The position numbers and the translations under genes are program-made. The notes beneath the pieces are model-generated. The model was given only the letters and a program-made list of their open reading frames with translations. It did no database searches and was not told the origin of the DNA. A DNA stretch of 63,358 bases, counting the filler, from Octopus bimaculoides (Eukaryota), in the NCBI RefSeq assembly GCF_001194135.2. It is 7 parts of 5 records of this genome, joined end to end, with 100 filler letters (N's around TTAATTAATTAA, not from the genome) between each part and the next. Parts side by side here need not be neighbours in the genome. Positions count along the whole stretch, not along the records: positions 1 to 8,015 come from NC_068987.1; positions 8,116 to 37,333 come from NC_069003.1; 5 more parts are not named here. One strand, 5' to 3'. Of this stretch, positions 1 through 12,609 are shown in pieces. Position 1 is the first letter of the stretch. Each line of letters begins with the position of its first letter.

Positions 1-32
<32 letters not shown>

Positions 33-848
33 TCCGCCGAGGTCGACTTTGCCTATCATCCTTTCGGGATCGATAAATTAAGTACCAGTTGCGTACTGAG
101 GTCGAACTAATCGACTGGCCCCCTACCCGGAGTAGAAAAGGATATATATATTTATACATGCACAAACACATGCGCGCGCGCGCGTAGTGTATGTGGTGTT
201 TGTGTTTCTCGCTTACTACTCACAAGGCTTTGGTTGGCCCGGGGCTATAGTAGAAGACACCTGCCCGAAGTGTCACGCTGTGGGACTGAACCCAGAACCA
301 TGAGTTCGGGAGGCAAGCTACCTACCACACAGCCACGCCAGATGTACGGAGTAGGCGCACATACATGTACAAGTACATGCAAATCGATGTAAACTGACAC
401 ATATATAAATGTAAATTGACATATGTGTATATGCAGACGCGCAAAGATGTACACTTCGATGCTTATACGATGCACAGATATAAGATACATACGCAACAAC
501 ATATAGTTATATATGCAAACATCGATGAAAACAAGCCTGTGCATGTGCGCACGGTCGATTACATACACATATATTTGTGACAGATGTAAGTTTGTGTGTG
601 TACGTGCATGGAAACGATTTTGATAAATGCACAAATACTCCGACAGACTTAACTGATACAGTTCTACATAAATGGATACACTCATATACAAACATGTATA
701 TACGTATGAATAGAAATTCGAATACATACGGATGCATACATGCAAACACACACACACACACACACACATAGACACATATATATCCGTAGATACAGAAGTG
801 TACGTACATACATTGTTCAGATAGATTTACATAGATGCGCTTATATAC

Positions 849-1256
849 TCTTTTACTTTTTTCAGTCATTTTTAACTGTGGCCATGCTGGAGCACCGCCT
901 TTAGTCGAGCAAATCGATCCCAGGACTTATTCTTTGTAAGCCCAGTACTTATTCTATCGTCTCTTTTTGCCGAACCGCTAAGTTACGGGGACGTAAACAC
1001 ACCAACATCAGTTGTCAAGCGATGTTGGGGGAGAACAAACACAGACACACAAACATACACACACACACACACACATACACACACACACATATACGACAGG
1101 CTTCTTTCAGTTTCCGTCTACCAAATCCACTCACAAGGCTTTGGTCGGCCCGAGGCTATAGTAGAAGACACTTGCCCAAGGTGCCACGCAGTGGGACTGA
1201 ACCCGGAACCATGTGGTTCGTAAGCAAGCTACTTACCACTCAGCCACTCCTATGCC
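849..1256 (-). mobile_element. tRNA-derived SINE, family A (full length)
   Basis: Head GGCATAGGAGTGGCTGAGTGGTAAG (A box) and GGTTCAGTCC (B box), central (TG/TA)n, tail ...CAGCATGGCCACAGT...GACTGAAA; partial copy at 219-339. Confidence 0.88.
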
Positions 1257-1800
1257 TATATATAAACACAAATACACAAANNNNNNNNNNNNNNNNNNNN
1301 NNNNNNNNNNNNNNNNNNNNNNNNNNNNNNNNNNNNNNNNNNNNNNNNNNNNNNNNNNNNNNNNNNNNNNNNNNNNNNNNNNNNNNNNNNNNNNNNNNNN
1401 NNNNNNNNNNNNNNNNNNNNNNNNNNNNNNNNNNNNNNNNNNNNNNNNNNNNNNNNNNNNNNNNNNNNNNNNNNNNNNNNNNNNNNNNNNNNNNNNNNNN
1501 NNNNNNNNNNNNNNNNNNNNNNNNNNNNNNNNNNNNNNNNNNNNNNNNNNNNNNNNNNNNNNNNNNNNNNNNNNNNNNNNNNNNNNNNNNNNNNNNNNNN
1601 NNNNNNNNNNNNNNNNNNNNNNNNNNNNNNNNNNNNNNNNNNNNNNNNNNNNNNNNNNNNNNNNNNNNNNNNNNNNNNNNNNNNNNNNNNNNNNNNNNNN
1701 NNNNNNNNNNNNNNNNNNNNNNNNNNNNNNNNNNNNNNNNTGTATGTATGTGTGTGTGTGTGTATGTATGTATGTACGTATGTATGTATGTATGTATGTA

Positions 1801-2189
1801 TGGATCTATTTTAAAACGGGGGCACCAGTTTTCATTTATGTTTTATGTAGTGTTTTTGGTACCGAAAGACTTTCAAACTTCGTATACTTATCTATTTTGT
1901 GTTATAGAACAGAAAAAAAAATTTTGTATTCGAATTTATTTCATGTAAAAAATTGTCTTATTTCGATAATTTCTACTAATCACTGACGTCTATTCAGTTG
2001 AAAACAGTTAGCGCTGTAACGGTGTATATCGTATTAATCCCCTAACCCTAACTCTAGAATCCGAACTCTAAAATTGTTACACACACAGGTACGCACAGCG
2101 TAATTTATTATACAGTGTCCCAAGTTTCAAAGTGTTTCGTTAGTGTTTCGTTAAGAAAATACTGGTGCCCCCGTTTTAAAATAGATCCG
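1801..2189. mobile_element. MITE with 29-bp TIRs and TA flanks, inserted in a (TATG)n tract
   Basis: TGGATCTATTTTAAAACGGGGGCACCAGT (1801-1829) vs ACTGGTGCCCCCGTTTTAAAATAGATCCG (2161-2189); TA on both sides suggests Tc1/mariner superfamily. Confidence 0.85.
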
Positions 2190-2499
2190 TATGTATGTAT
2201 GTATGTGTGCAGATTTCTATGTTTTGTTTTGTGTGTGTCTTCTCATGCGTATAGTTGCATATCTAGACATGCTCATATATACTTAAATGATAAACTTCTG
2301 GAAAGTTTTGCAGATTTTTACAGTTCCAGTGAGGGATTGGATCTGTAGTTTTCGAATCAGCTTTCTCTATTGTGGTTTTGAGAAGCCTAATTTCTCAAGA
2401 TTGGTGTATACATGTATGCATATAGATACTTATACGCGTGTACATATGTATGTGTGTGTGTGTATGTATGTATGTATGTATGCATGCACATATTAATAC

Positions 2500-3290
2500 C
2501 GAAGAGGCTTGAAGTTTCTGACAAGAGAAAGTTTACTATTTCCGAAAATTTATACTAGTTCAGTCTTGAGATTGATATTGTTGTAGGTGCCAAAAAGGAT
2601 TGCTCTCTTTTCGAAACGCAGAGGGAGAAGAAATTTGATGCTGAATTGTAAGTCTCTGTCGTTTCTAATATTCTCTAGTTAATGGAATGGGATTTGTGGG
2701 AGTCTTTGCAATTTCACATATAGTTAGATAGTGTTGTTTTTGAGCTTGTGTTTATTTTGCTAAATGATCACCAATGAAGGCTGAGTTTGTTTCAACTCAT
2801 TTTAAGTGGGGCAATTTGATTATTTTTGCTGAGTAGACTATGTTCTTGTGGGAACATTTATTGTTAAGGAGGGTGGGTGAATTGGAAGACTATTGTGCTA
2901 GTTTTTGTATGTTGTGCGTCTGTTTCTTTGAGTTAATGCTTTCGAGTTTTTGCGTGAAGTTTCAGGTTGCTGAGTAAAAGAATTTTAGTGAGTTTGTTTT
3001 GAATATAGAATGGCTCTTGTGTGAATGGGAGAGTATCTTTTGATTAATTTAAGGAAGTATTTAATAACGAGTGTGGTTACTTGAAGACTGAAATGGTGAT
3101 TGTACCATGTGATGTTTTTCGTTGTCTGATCTTAGTTTTAGGATTGTGAAAGTTGGGATTATTTTATCTTTTCTTCAAAGTGCGTCGTTAATGAAGTAAG
3201 CTTCCTTCAACGATAGTTTAGAAAGACAAATCGATCTCTCCATTTCGGAACAGGCAAAAAGGATCGCTCCTCTTCCGATCGGAGCGGCCG
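2500..3290 (-). mobile_element. Degenerate Penelope-like element, GIY-YIG/C-terminal region, with a partial second copy of the end at about 3200-3280
   Basis: Minus-strand relics NIVYSAKI, TTLSNYM*NCKD..SIN*RILETTETYNSASN..LC, EKRAILF...KTELV; second segment GAILF...SKLSL. Multiple stops. Confidence 0.7.
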
Positions 3291-3629
3291 CCCCACGCAC
3301 GCGACGACTGTACAGTGTCACGTGGGCCACTTTGCTAAGCAGAACTTACTGTTTCTTTGTGTGAGTCTTTAAGACAGGAAAACATGCAGATATACATACA
3401 GAAATACACATTTAAGATAGAAATTACGTGCAATTCATTGTATTTTTACAAACATTCTGATATAAATTCAGACATTTTAAGCTCTTCAAATTCTTCATCT
3501 CTCTCCTTCTTTCTATTCATTGGATAAATTGTTTTCCTAGCATCATGAACCGTTTGATAAACCATTGCTGGCCATTTTTTATGTCATTTATATATTTAAT
3601 AAATTCAAGATATTGATATTACTTTAGAT

Positions 3630-3942
3630 CGGTGGTTTTCAACTGGGATCTCTATGGGCCCTGATGGGGGTGGTCTGTGTAAGATTTTTGGGGTCCACGC
3701 AAGTAAAATAGTCCATGAAAAAAATTTGATTTGGATGTATTTATTGCAAGAAACTGCTGGGTTTCTTTCTCTAACGTTTTGCATAGTTCATCCTGCACAA
3801 GTTAAAGTGTGAAAAACAAAATAGGAATTTTGAAATCAATATCTATAAAGCTAGATTTTAAACATAGAATGGCTATAGGGGTCCACTAGAAAATAATAGG
3901 AATCAAAGGGGTTCATAGATAAAAAGTAGTTAAGAACCACTG
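3630..3942. mobile_element. hAT (Charlie-like) MITE
   Basis: Ends CGGTGGTTTTCAAC...GTTAAGAACCACTG; 8-bp TSD CTTTAGAT/TTTTAGAT (7/8). Confidence 0.85.
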
Positions 3943-4780
3943 TTTTAGATACATCTTGATTTCGGATCCACCATCTGAAGGCTTTTGTGGATGCCTTATT
4001 AATATTTTCAATAGTATTCGTTATCATTTCTGTTGTAGCAGCTGAAAAATAGCGAACGCATCCAGTGGGCAGCAAGTTTAGTTCCAGGATAGGAGTTACA
4101 GAGGTATACATGTAGAAAAAAACATCTATAGAAACTCCTATCCGTAATTAATCAGACAAAGATTCTGAAACGCCGTAACAGGAAATTAAAAATATACCAA
4201 ATTTTTCTTTTGTTTTGATATGTAATTACTCTGCAAATAGAATTCGCCAGAAATTTCAAATGCTACGTATGTCTCATTTAAAATAAAATATCTATATGCA
4301 TACATTCGATCACTGTGAAAATGTAGATGTACTTCGAGAGGACACAACTTAGATTATAACCCCGTCTAAACACTATAATCATTTATAAATATTTTTATAT
4401 ATAATACTAAGTAATTTTTAATATACATGAATGTATTTTAAGGTCACGAGCTGGTAGAATTCTTAACACGTTGGAAAAATGCTTAGCGCGCGAGAAACAT
4501 TGTCATTGTCACTGCAATTACTACTAAATTTATGTTACTGACCACAGCTGGCAAATAAAGTCTGTAAATATTACTTTTTTTCTCTTCGATGTTGTTGTTA
4601 CCCTCTCATCCTACTTTCGACTATTTACATATAACGAACCCGACACAGAACAAGATTCGCTATTTCTACATCAAGTAACTTCACATCTGTACGCTACAAT
4701 TGGTAACTCCGACGTGAGGAACATACTTGTCCATTACATACATACATACACGCACGCACGCACGCCCCCCCCCCCACACC

Positions 4781-4982
4781 AAAAAACGTAACGAATACTT
4801 AGCCATATGTGGACATGATCCCCAAAGTTCAGTTCTTGAATTTAGACATGTAGCGGGGTCTGAGCTGCTTTTCCAGATGAACCATTTTTCCATATCATAA
4901 AGTCCGCATTTTCCACTGCCGTTGGTATAAGGCTTACACTTGGCTAAGATCTTCCAGTGGATGTTATAGTTGACACCTTTTT
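4781..4982 (-). mobile_element. Penelope-like element, C-terminal GIY-YIG fragment
   Basis: [36 protein letters not shown]...CLNSRTELWGSCPH matches the PLE end pattern W.I...Y......C.LC..EK..I....LN.R.EL...C.H. Confidence 0.8.
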
Positions 4983-5108
4983 CTGTACATTACCTTTCAC
5001 CCTGCATATTTGTGCATGCGCATATAGGGACATGTATATGAACATAATTGTGCGCGTATGGGTATATATACGCGCGCGCGGGTATGTATATGTGTACATG
5101 TGTATGGA

Positions 5109-5186
<78 letters not shown>

Positions 5187-6039
5187 GGTGTGGGGTGTGT
5201 GCATGTATGTGTTTCACGCGAGTGTCAGTGAGCATATGCATACATACACATGCACGTGGGTGTGTGTGCGCGTATGTCTATGTATGTACATGCGCGCATA
5301 CACGGATTCTATGAGCGTGGGTTTACCTTCGAGTATTTTTACTTTCTCCCTATTCGGGTAATTTCCCTTTATTCAACGGTCATTCTCATAGCTCTTTTGT
5401 TTGTCTTAATAACTAACGAGATGCCGGAGCAGACTTCCGCCACGACATCCGAAACTCTGAGTTTTATTAAGGCAACCGACTAATTGTCACATATTATATT
5501 ATAGATAAATTCCTTTATTTACATAATATCGAGGTCTTATTCATTCTTTTGTTGTCATATCCACAGGAACTTGATTATTACTACCCCATTTCCTGTTTGA
5601 CACATGAACATCCAGCCTTCTTGAAAAAAACAACACTATACAGAAACACATGCATCCTAACCCTTCCAGCAAGCTTTTCCAAGGAAAACTAGTGAACTTC
5701 AAAAGCTTAAAAACATTATGATGTATTGATGTATTTATTTTTTTATATATTTGTTAATTTTTTGAAAAAAAACTTTTTTTTTCTCTTCATCTTGAAAATT
5801 TGCCATGCAATGAAAGCCAGTTTGAAATCTTTACACCCATTTATATTAAAATATACTTTCAGTTTAGCATTCTGTCTTATTATTATTTTTTTCCTTTCCT
5901 ATCATTTCTCCACGTGCGGTTAACACAACCCCACCTTTTACTGACTGAACTCAGAACGAAAAGTCGGACGAAATGCCGCTAAGCATTTTTCCGGCGTGGT
6001 ATGATGATAATGACATTGATAATCAAAGCTGTCTATCAT

Positions 6040-6990
6040 GGACCAACAACTGGATTATTAACTCTCACTGAAGTGTATGCGTTTGCTATCCAGGAACTGG
6101 AAATATCAACCAAATACTTGATGCACAAAAGGAACACAGACACAGGAAAAACACCAAAATGTGATAACCGATGCAGACTTTGTGGAGTAACACAGAAAAT
6201 ATCACCCACATCATAAGCAGTTGTCCAAAAATGTCATCGCGATATTATCTATCGATGAGACATGATGTTGCACCTAGGACACTGTATAATGAGCTCCGTC
6301 AGTAGGATAGCTTTGAGTCCAAAGAAATAAAAACCTAAAGTATGGTAGAAGCCATAACCACTCATGATAAAAAGGAATAATGATGGAATGTCCCAGTGAA
6401 AGCATCAATAAAATATAAAACTTAATAGACCAGACGTAGGTATTTGGAACAGAAAAGCGAAACTGTACAGCAGTGGAAATCAGCTGCACAACGGATGCTA
6501 ACGTAAGGCTAAAGATCATCGAAAAAGAAAATACCTACGCCGAATTATTGAGAAATCTAGAGTTATTCTATCCAGATTACATGTTCAGGTTTATACCTGT
6601 AATTATTGGTGCAATGGGATATGTAACATACTGTCTAAGTATCAATCTTGAGAAATTGGGCTTCTCAAAACCAGAAAGGAGAAAGCCGTTTCGAAGACTA
6701 CAGATTCAAGCCACCATAAGAACTATAAAAAATCTAAAACTTTCCAGAAGTTTACCAGTTAGGTATATATGTGGATGTCTAGATATGCAATAATATGCAT
6801 GAGAATACACACATGAAACAAAACATACAAATCTGCAAATGCACTGACTCCAAATACTTCACACATTTACACATACCTGCAAAAATACCCTGTTGATATT
6901 GTTTAAATTCGAACGAAGGAGCCTTAGGTCTAAGTTAGAAACCGGCATTTTCTCTCTTGGTAAGAACTCTTGAAATAAAAACGAACAATG
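6040..6990 (+). mobile_element. Non-LTR retrotransposon 3' fragment with restriction-like endonuclease (R4/Dong or NeSL-like)
   Basis: AFAIQE.EI.TKY; CRLCG..ENI.HI.SSC zinc knuckle; Y..MRHD; RPD; EISC...N...K..EK...Y; FIPVIIGAMG. Frameshifted; followed by (ATAC)n. Confidence 0.88.
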
Positions 6991-8059
6991 TCATACACAC
7001 ATACATACATACATACATACATACACAAACACATACAAATATACCAGTCTAACTACCAACTTAAGTACATCCATACATACATACATACATACATACATAC
7101 ATACATACATACATACATACATCGCGACAAAAGGAAATATCTAAAATACCTAAAATAACAGACAAGTTAGGGATTAGGGATTAACTTATGACAAACCCAG
7201 AACCTTGAGATACTTCGGAGAGACTGCTGGGTACAGGTTAAAATTTCGTTCGAGAAGTTCAAAACACGATAAAACAGTAGAGCTTAGAAAGCAAACAGGA
7301 ACGTGATAAGATATGAATGGCATTGTATCCACAGTGCACTCTCTTTTCTATTTGTTTCAGTACATCCGGTATCAAAGAGCATGAAATAGGCGCAGGCATG
7401 GCCGTGTCGTAAAGAAGATCACTTGGCAACCAGCTTCAGGTTCAAATACCACTTTTACTATAGTTGCTGACTTAAAAACCTTGTAAGTGAATTTGGTAGA
7501 CGGAAACTGTGTGAAAGCCCATTGTGTGTGTGTGTGTGTGTAGTGAAGGCACGTGGCCTAGTGGTTAGGCTGTTGCACAAACGATCGCTAGATCGTGAGT
7601 TAGATTCCCTGAGAGAGAGGCACGTTGTGTTGAGCAAACCACTTCATGTCAAGTTGCTCCAGTCCCCACTTTCGATCAGGAGGGAAACTTGGCCTGCTCG
7701 CTTAGCCATCAGGGTGGCGTCATTTGAAGGCTAAAAAAAAAAAATGCAAATGTGCATTGTGGTCATATAATGGAGTCTCCCGTGGAAGACGGCATATAAA
7801 TGCTCAGTTTTTGCTGAACGACCAGAACAAATGATTTGTTTATTGTGATCAAACATATGTGCTGGACATTAGCTCACTCCCTCGATTAAATCGACGCTGC
7901 CCGAACAGGTGCATGGTGTGCCACATATCAGGTGTCGAAATAATCGCAGATCAAACGTGGGATGAAGTGTTTTTCTTAAGAACATAACAGACCGCCCACT
8001 TCAGGAATTGAGACTNNNNNNNNNNNNNNNNNNNNNNNNNNNNNNNNNNNNNNNNNNNN

Positions 8060-8071
8060 TTAATTAATTAA
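8060..8071. other. Scaffolding linker TTAATTAATTAA inside an N-run (assembly artefact)
   Basis: Identical 12-mer centred in N-runs at 8060, 37378, 41105, 45281, 58093 and 62224; it places stop codons in all six frames. Confidence 0.92.
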
Positions 8072-8116
8072 NNNNNNNNNNNNNNNNNNNNNNNNNNNNN
8101 NNNNNNNNNNNNNNNT

Positions 8117-8700
8117 TATTCTGGGTCGCGAAACTTTTGTTTTAAATATTCCCATATTAGGATTTTCCCATATCGTAGGCTTATTTAAAGTGTCCATATT
8201 TTTATTTATATTTTTGTATTTATTCCTATTTTTATTTATATTTCCATTGTTCCTAGTCCCGTTTCTAAAAGATTGTTTACTACACTAACTACTAAAAAAA
8301 TTTTTACCTCCACACCGATCGAACGCAATATAGTCGGGTGATAAACCTGCCAACTTATTTTTAAATCTTGTGTTATGTATATATGAAATTCTAGTTTTGA
8401 AGCTGCTTGCCTCCAGAGCGTTATTATAAACTGGCACGTGTTGGTTAAAAATTTCTTCGTTCAATGAAAGATTTGATATTCTAATCGAAATGCCCGTAAC
8501 AATACTATCTATTGTAGACCTAGGATGATTTGATGAGATGTTCAAATATGACATAGATTTATTAGGTTTACGGAAAGGGCAAAACAGACCCGTATCCAGG
8601 TACAATGTTACATCCAGGAAATTTATTTTTCTGGAGTTAATATCAAATATATTTCTTGGCTTTAAGGATATTACAAAAGGCCTAATTGGAGGCCCAACCT
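8117..8700 (-). mobile_element. Penelope-like element, reverse transcriptase thumb fragment
   Basis: INFLDVTLYLDTGLFCPFRKPN...YLNISSNHP...IVTGISIRISNLS.NEEIFN....YNNAL, typical of the PLE RT C-terminus. Confidence 0.88.
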
Positions 8701-9265
8701 TCTGAGTTCTTTTACAGGGCTTAGAAAAACTGCAAGACCACTGCAATAAGTGTGTAAATCTGAGAAGGGAATATGTTGAATAAAATCATAATTGACTGAT
8801 CCTCCTGTATTTTCTATTGCCCAAAAGCCAAGAACTTTTCAGCACCCCCTCATAACTTGGTGCTTAGAACTTAAATTTTCATAGAATTTTGATAGAAGAT
8901 ATGAATTTAAATCACTTGAAAACAGGAAGCATATATCATGGAACTAGGGGTGGTCACGGGTGGGTTGGTATCAAAAGAGCTAAGAGTCAAAAGAAGAGAA
9001 TAAGAAATGGTTGCATCTACAAGATGCACTGTGATTTATAGGAAGTACTCTGACTACAAACATTTCTGGTCGAAATATGAATAAGATAAACCTATGTACA
9101 TTTCTATTTAGACACATATGTGAACATTCAAATATTGAAGCACCTTTGCTGCGGTAACTGCCTTGGAAGAGAAAATCGTCTTATAGATGTGTGCAAAACA
9201 GACCAAACTGAGCTTTACAAATGCCAGCAATTTTTTTTTTTTTGTTCTTTACATTGATGATGATG

Positions 9266-9518
9266 GAGAGTATTGTAGTTCGCTTGAAGCATTGTGTATT
9301 GTTTGCAAAGAATAAAACGTTTAGAATGGTACAACAATGCACTATAATACAAAAAATGGAATATACACCTGTTGTAATTTGGTTATCTATAGTCTGATGA
9401 TATTTTGGAATTACAATTCCTTCTTCAGATCTTCTTAGCTGGAGTCTCTGTTGATAGCAGGTATATAGTCCATTTTTTCTTCTATAGTGCATTGTTGTAC
9501 CATTCTAAACTTTTTATT
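9266..9518. mobile_element. Foldback/MITE with long TIRs starting GAGAG, copy 1 (right arm truncated)
   Basis: AATAAAACGTTTAGAATGGTACAACAATGCACTATA...ATATACACCTG is inverted at about 9455-9518; homologous to 27495-27745. Confidence 0.8.
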
Positions 9519-9577
9519 GATGATGTTAGTTTTTAGTGGGTTAAAAATGATGAATTCCGTGTAACTAATACAATGAC

Positions 9578-10033
9578 TAATCTATCTATCTGTGGCTAGG
9601 TTCCAACCCTGGCCACAGCAATAAAGTCCACCTGCTACACTTCTCAGTCCATCATCACAGTCTCGAGGTCATGGATGCATTCCAGCCCAGTGTCTGCGAT
9701 CAAGTTGCTGATGTAAGTATGACGACGATTTCCTCTTCTTACATCACCATGAAGTAGGTTCCACATGACTAATTTGGATGCTTCCAGTTCAGGGTGGTTG
9801 CGTGGGCAGTTTGGAAGCAGACATCAAGATCAGGAAGGCACAAGTATGGACAGCCTGTCACAGACTAAAGAAGGCCTGGAACTTCAAATCACCAAGGCAA
9901 ATCAAAATCAAGCTGTTCATTGCAGCTATTGAATCAGTTATATGGCAGTGAAACATGGACACCAACAAAGAAATTATCAAACAGACTAGATAGCTGCTAC
10001 ACAAAGATGCAACAAAAATGGCCATAAATGCAC
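9578..10033. mobile_element. RTE-clade LINE 3' fragment with internal inversion
   Basis: 9578-9796 minus: HPELEASKLVMWNLLHG..RRGNRRHTYISNLIADTG...D*EV*Q plus (GATA)n tail. 9797-10033 plus: VGSLEADIKIRKAQ...IKIKLFIAAIESV/YGSETWTPTKKLSNRLDSCYTKM. Confidence 0.82.
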
Positions 10034-11627
10034 ACCAGGCAAAATGCTTAGGGTATTTTGTCCATCTTTATGTTCTGAGTTCAACTTTGCCTTTCATCCT
10101 TTTGGAGTTGATAAAATAAGTACCAGTTCAACACTGGGGTCGGTGTAATCAACTTACCCCCACCACGAAATTGCTGGCCTCATGCCAAAATTTTATGCCA
10201 ATATCTATTACTCCCAACTACACTAGTGCTTAGGTATTGGTAGATCATGAGTTCAATTCCCAGATCAGGCAGGATATTGTGTTCTTGAGCAAAACACTTC
10301 AGCTCACATTGCTCTGCTGATGAGAAAATAGTAGAATTGTTGGTAGATCAGCAGAAATGCTTGACAGTAATGTCTTCCAGCTCTCTACAATCTGAGTTTA
10401 AATCCCACCTGTCAGGAGAAGCCAATGGGAAACACCCCAAGTTTAATCATGTCAGCCAACGCTTCAGTAATGTACTTAATAGTGGAAGGGCAGGGTACAG
10501 GCCTGACCAGGGCGAGTAAAGAATGCTGGAGAAGGTCCACATGCACAGGACCTGTCCAAGAGCAGACCACCACTTGATTAGACATATATATACACATACA
10601 CATATATGCATAAATTGTTTTCAGCCCAGGCCAACTGTGTGGCACCTTAGTCAAATGACTTCTACTGTAATCCCAAGTAGGCAAAACCACTTACAAAGAT
10701 TTTGTAAGTGGTTTTGGTAGATGGAAACTGAGAGAAACCCATTGTGTGTGTGTGTGTGTGTTGTTGTGGCTTTGCGTAACAGTTGTAAATGAGTACCACC
10801 ATCATGCAAGCATTATCCTTCATTTCCAGTCATCCAAGAAAATATGTCTATGTCCACCACGGGGAAGTATCACTTTACTTGGAAGCAGGTGAGGGATGGT
10901 GACAGGAAAAGCATCCTGGTGTATAAAATCCACCCAAACAAATTCCATTCAACCCATCTCAGCATGGAAAAGTAGACGTTAAATAATAATGAGAGCATAT
11001 ATTAGTTCTTGAGTGAAGAAATGGGGAATAAAAGTGAATATAGTTCATGACTTTCTTTATTTTATTTCAATTTCCTTCATTACATTACAGGCGAAATGGC
11101 ATCAGGAACGGAGTATTGAGCTCTCTGCCTGAGGATTGTGGATTCAAATCTATTGCAACTGTTTTGTTGTCTCTGAAGAAGACACTTTATTCTACCTAAA
11201 ATTTGTTATTGTTGCTGATTATCTCAGCTTCCCCTGATGAAGTGGACTTGTGATAAAGTGAGTTCCAGTCCTCACTATTCTATTATTTTGTGAATTTGGG
11301 ACTGCATTGTCTAAGGTAACCTTCTTCATTTGAAATGATAGGCTGTAATTTAGGGATGATTTGGCTGCTATCTCAGACAGATTGACTCTGTCGTTGTGGG
11401 AGAAGTAAGCAGTGATGAATTAGCATCCTGTCTAGGGGAATATTTGTCTCTTATCTTTTGAATACTTGAGAAAACACAATCCAGCAATGAAATAGCTTTG
11501 GGATCAGTCAACCTGTTGAAAATAGCAGCCAGATTTCCTTTGAGTGAGCTATGTGCGACTCCTTTTATATGATGATGGCAATGATGATGATGGTGAAGGA
11601 CAGAAGAAAATAAAAATTTAGTCCCAC

Positions 11628-11712
11628 CTTCTTTCAACCGGAGAAGCAAGATGTCTATAAGAAATTCTATAGGATCCTCTGGTTTTTTCAACAATAATTG
11701 TTCGATTAGAAA
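11628..11712 (-). CDS. AK8: Adenylate kinase 8, coding exon 2 (FLIEQLLLKKPEDPIEFLIDILLLRLKE; dimerization/docking-like helix)
   Basis: Acceptor ttttgttttgcag, donor GAAG|GTGGGA; phase 0 start fits exon 1. Resembles AK8 [22 protein letters not shown]. Exon 3 (P-loop GPPASGK) not found in the window. Confidence 0.88.
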
Positions 11713-11769
11713 CTGCAAAACAAAAATTATTGAAATTGAAAATAAAATTAATAATTAGTGATTTCAAAC

Positions 11770-12150
11770 TTTGGCACAAGGCCAGCAATTTCGAGGGAGG
11801 GAGGGAAGGAGTAAGTCAATTACATCGACCCCAGTATTCAACTGGTACTTATTTTATGAACCCTGAAATGATGAAAGACAAAGTTGACCTCAGTGGAATT
11901 TGAACTCAGAATGTAAAGATGAACAAAAGGTCATTAAGTACTTTGCCCGGCATGCTAATAATTCTACTAGCTCACCACCCTAAATTAATTGATAATTATT
12001 AATTTCAAATTTTGGGTCAAGGCCAGCAATTTCAAGTTGATTACATCGACCCCAGTGTTTAATAAGTACTTATTTTATCAACCCCCAAATAATTTAAGAC
12101 AAAGTCAACCTCAGCATAATTTGAACTCAGAACCATCCAGCCAGCATGGA
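11770..12150 (-). mobile_element. Two tandem SINE family B copies, opposite orientation to the 13.7-15.1 kb cluster
   Basis: GGCACAAGGCCAGCAATTT...CGACCCCAGT...AAAGTTGACCTCAG...ATTTGAACTCAGAA, twice. Other family B copies at about 33-140, 10070-10200, 18140-18360, 20820-20960, 28800-28995, 41850-41990, 54830-55190, 59890-60020 and 61585-61730. Confidence 0.85.
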
Positions 12151-12220
12151 ATATGGATGCTAAATGATGATGATATATAGTTTCCTCAGATTCTTATGAT
12201 GGAGAATATGAGTTTTAAAA

Positions 12221-12609
12221 CTCTTTTACTCGTTTCAGTCATTTGACTGTGGCCATGCTGGAGCACCGCCTTTAGTCAAGCAAATCGACCCCAGGACTTA
12301 TTCTTTGGAAGCCTAGTACTTATTCTATCGGTCTGTTTTGCTGGACTGCTAAGTTACGGGGACGTAAACACACCAGCATCGGTTGTCAAGCGATGTTGGG
12401 GGGACAAACACAGACACACAAATACATGATGATACATACATATATACTATGGGCTTCTTTCAGTTTCCGCCTACCAAATCCGCTCACAAGGCTTTGGTCG
12501 GCCCGAGGCTATAGTAGAAGACACTTGCCCAAGGTGCCACGCAGTGGGACTGAACCCAGAACCATGTGGTTGGTAAGCAAGCTACTTACCACACAGCCAC
12601 TCCTGCGCC
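12221..12609 (-). mobile_element. tRNA-derived SINE, family A (full length), AK8 intron 1
   Basis: GGCGCAGGAGTGGCTGTGTGGTAAG head; near-identical to 849-1256. Confidence 0.9.

Noticed and set aside
2499-2535. CCGAAGAGG-CTTG...CAAG-AGAAA hammerhead-like string
   Set aside because: U4 is mutated, there is no stem I, and it lies antisense within the PLE ORF terminus; coincidental.
3970-4042. Minus-strand AG...GT segment (ATTEMITNTIENINKASTKAFRW) as AK8 exon 3
   Set aside because: The phase fits, but there is no resemblance to the expected P-loop (ILGPPASGK) and the donor is weak.
8060-8071. Recurrent palindrome TTAATTAATTAA
   Set aside because: Always centred in N-runs, so it is a scaffolding linker and not biological.
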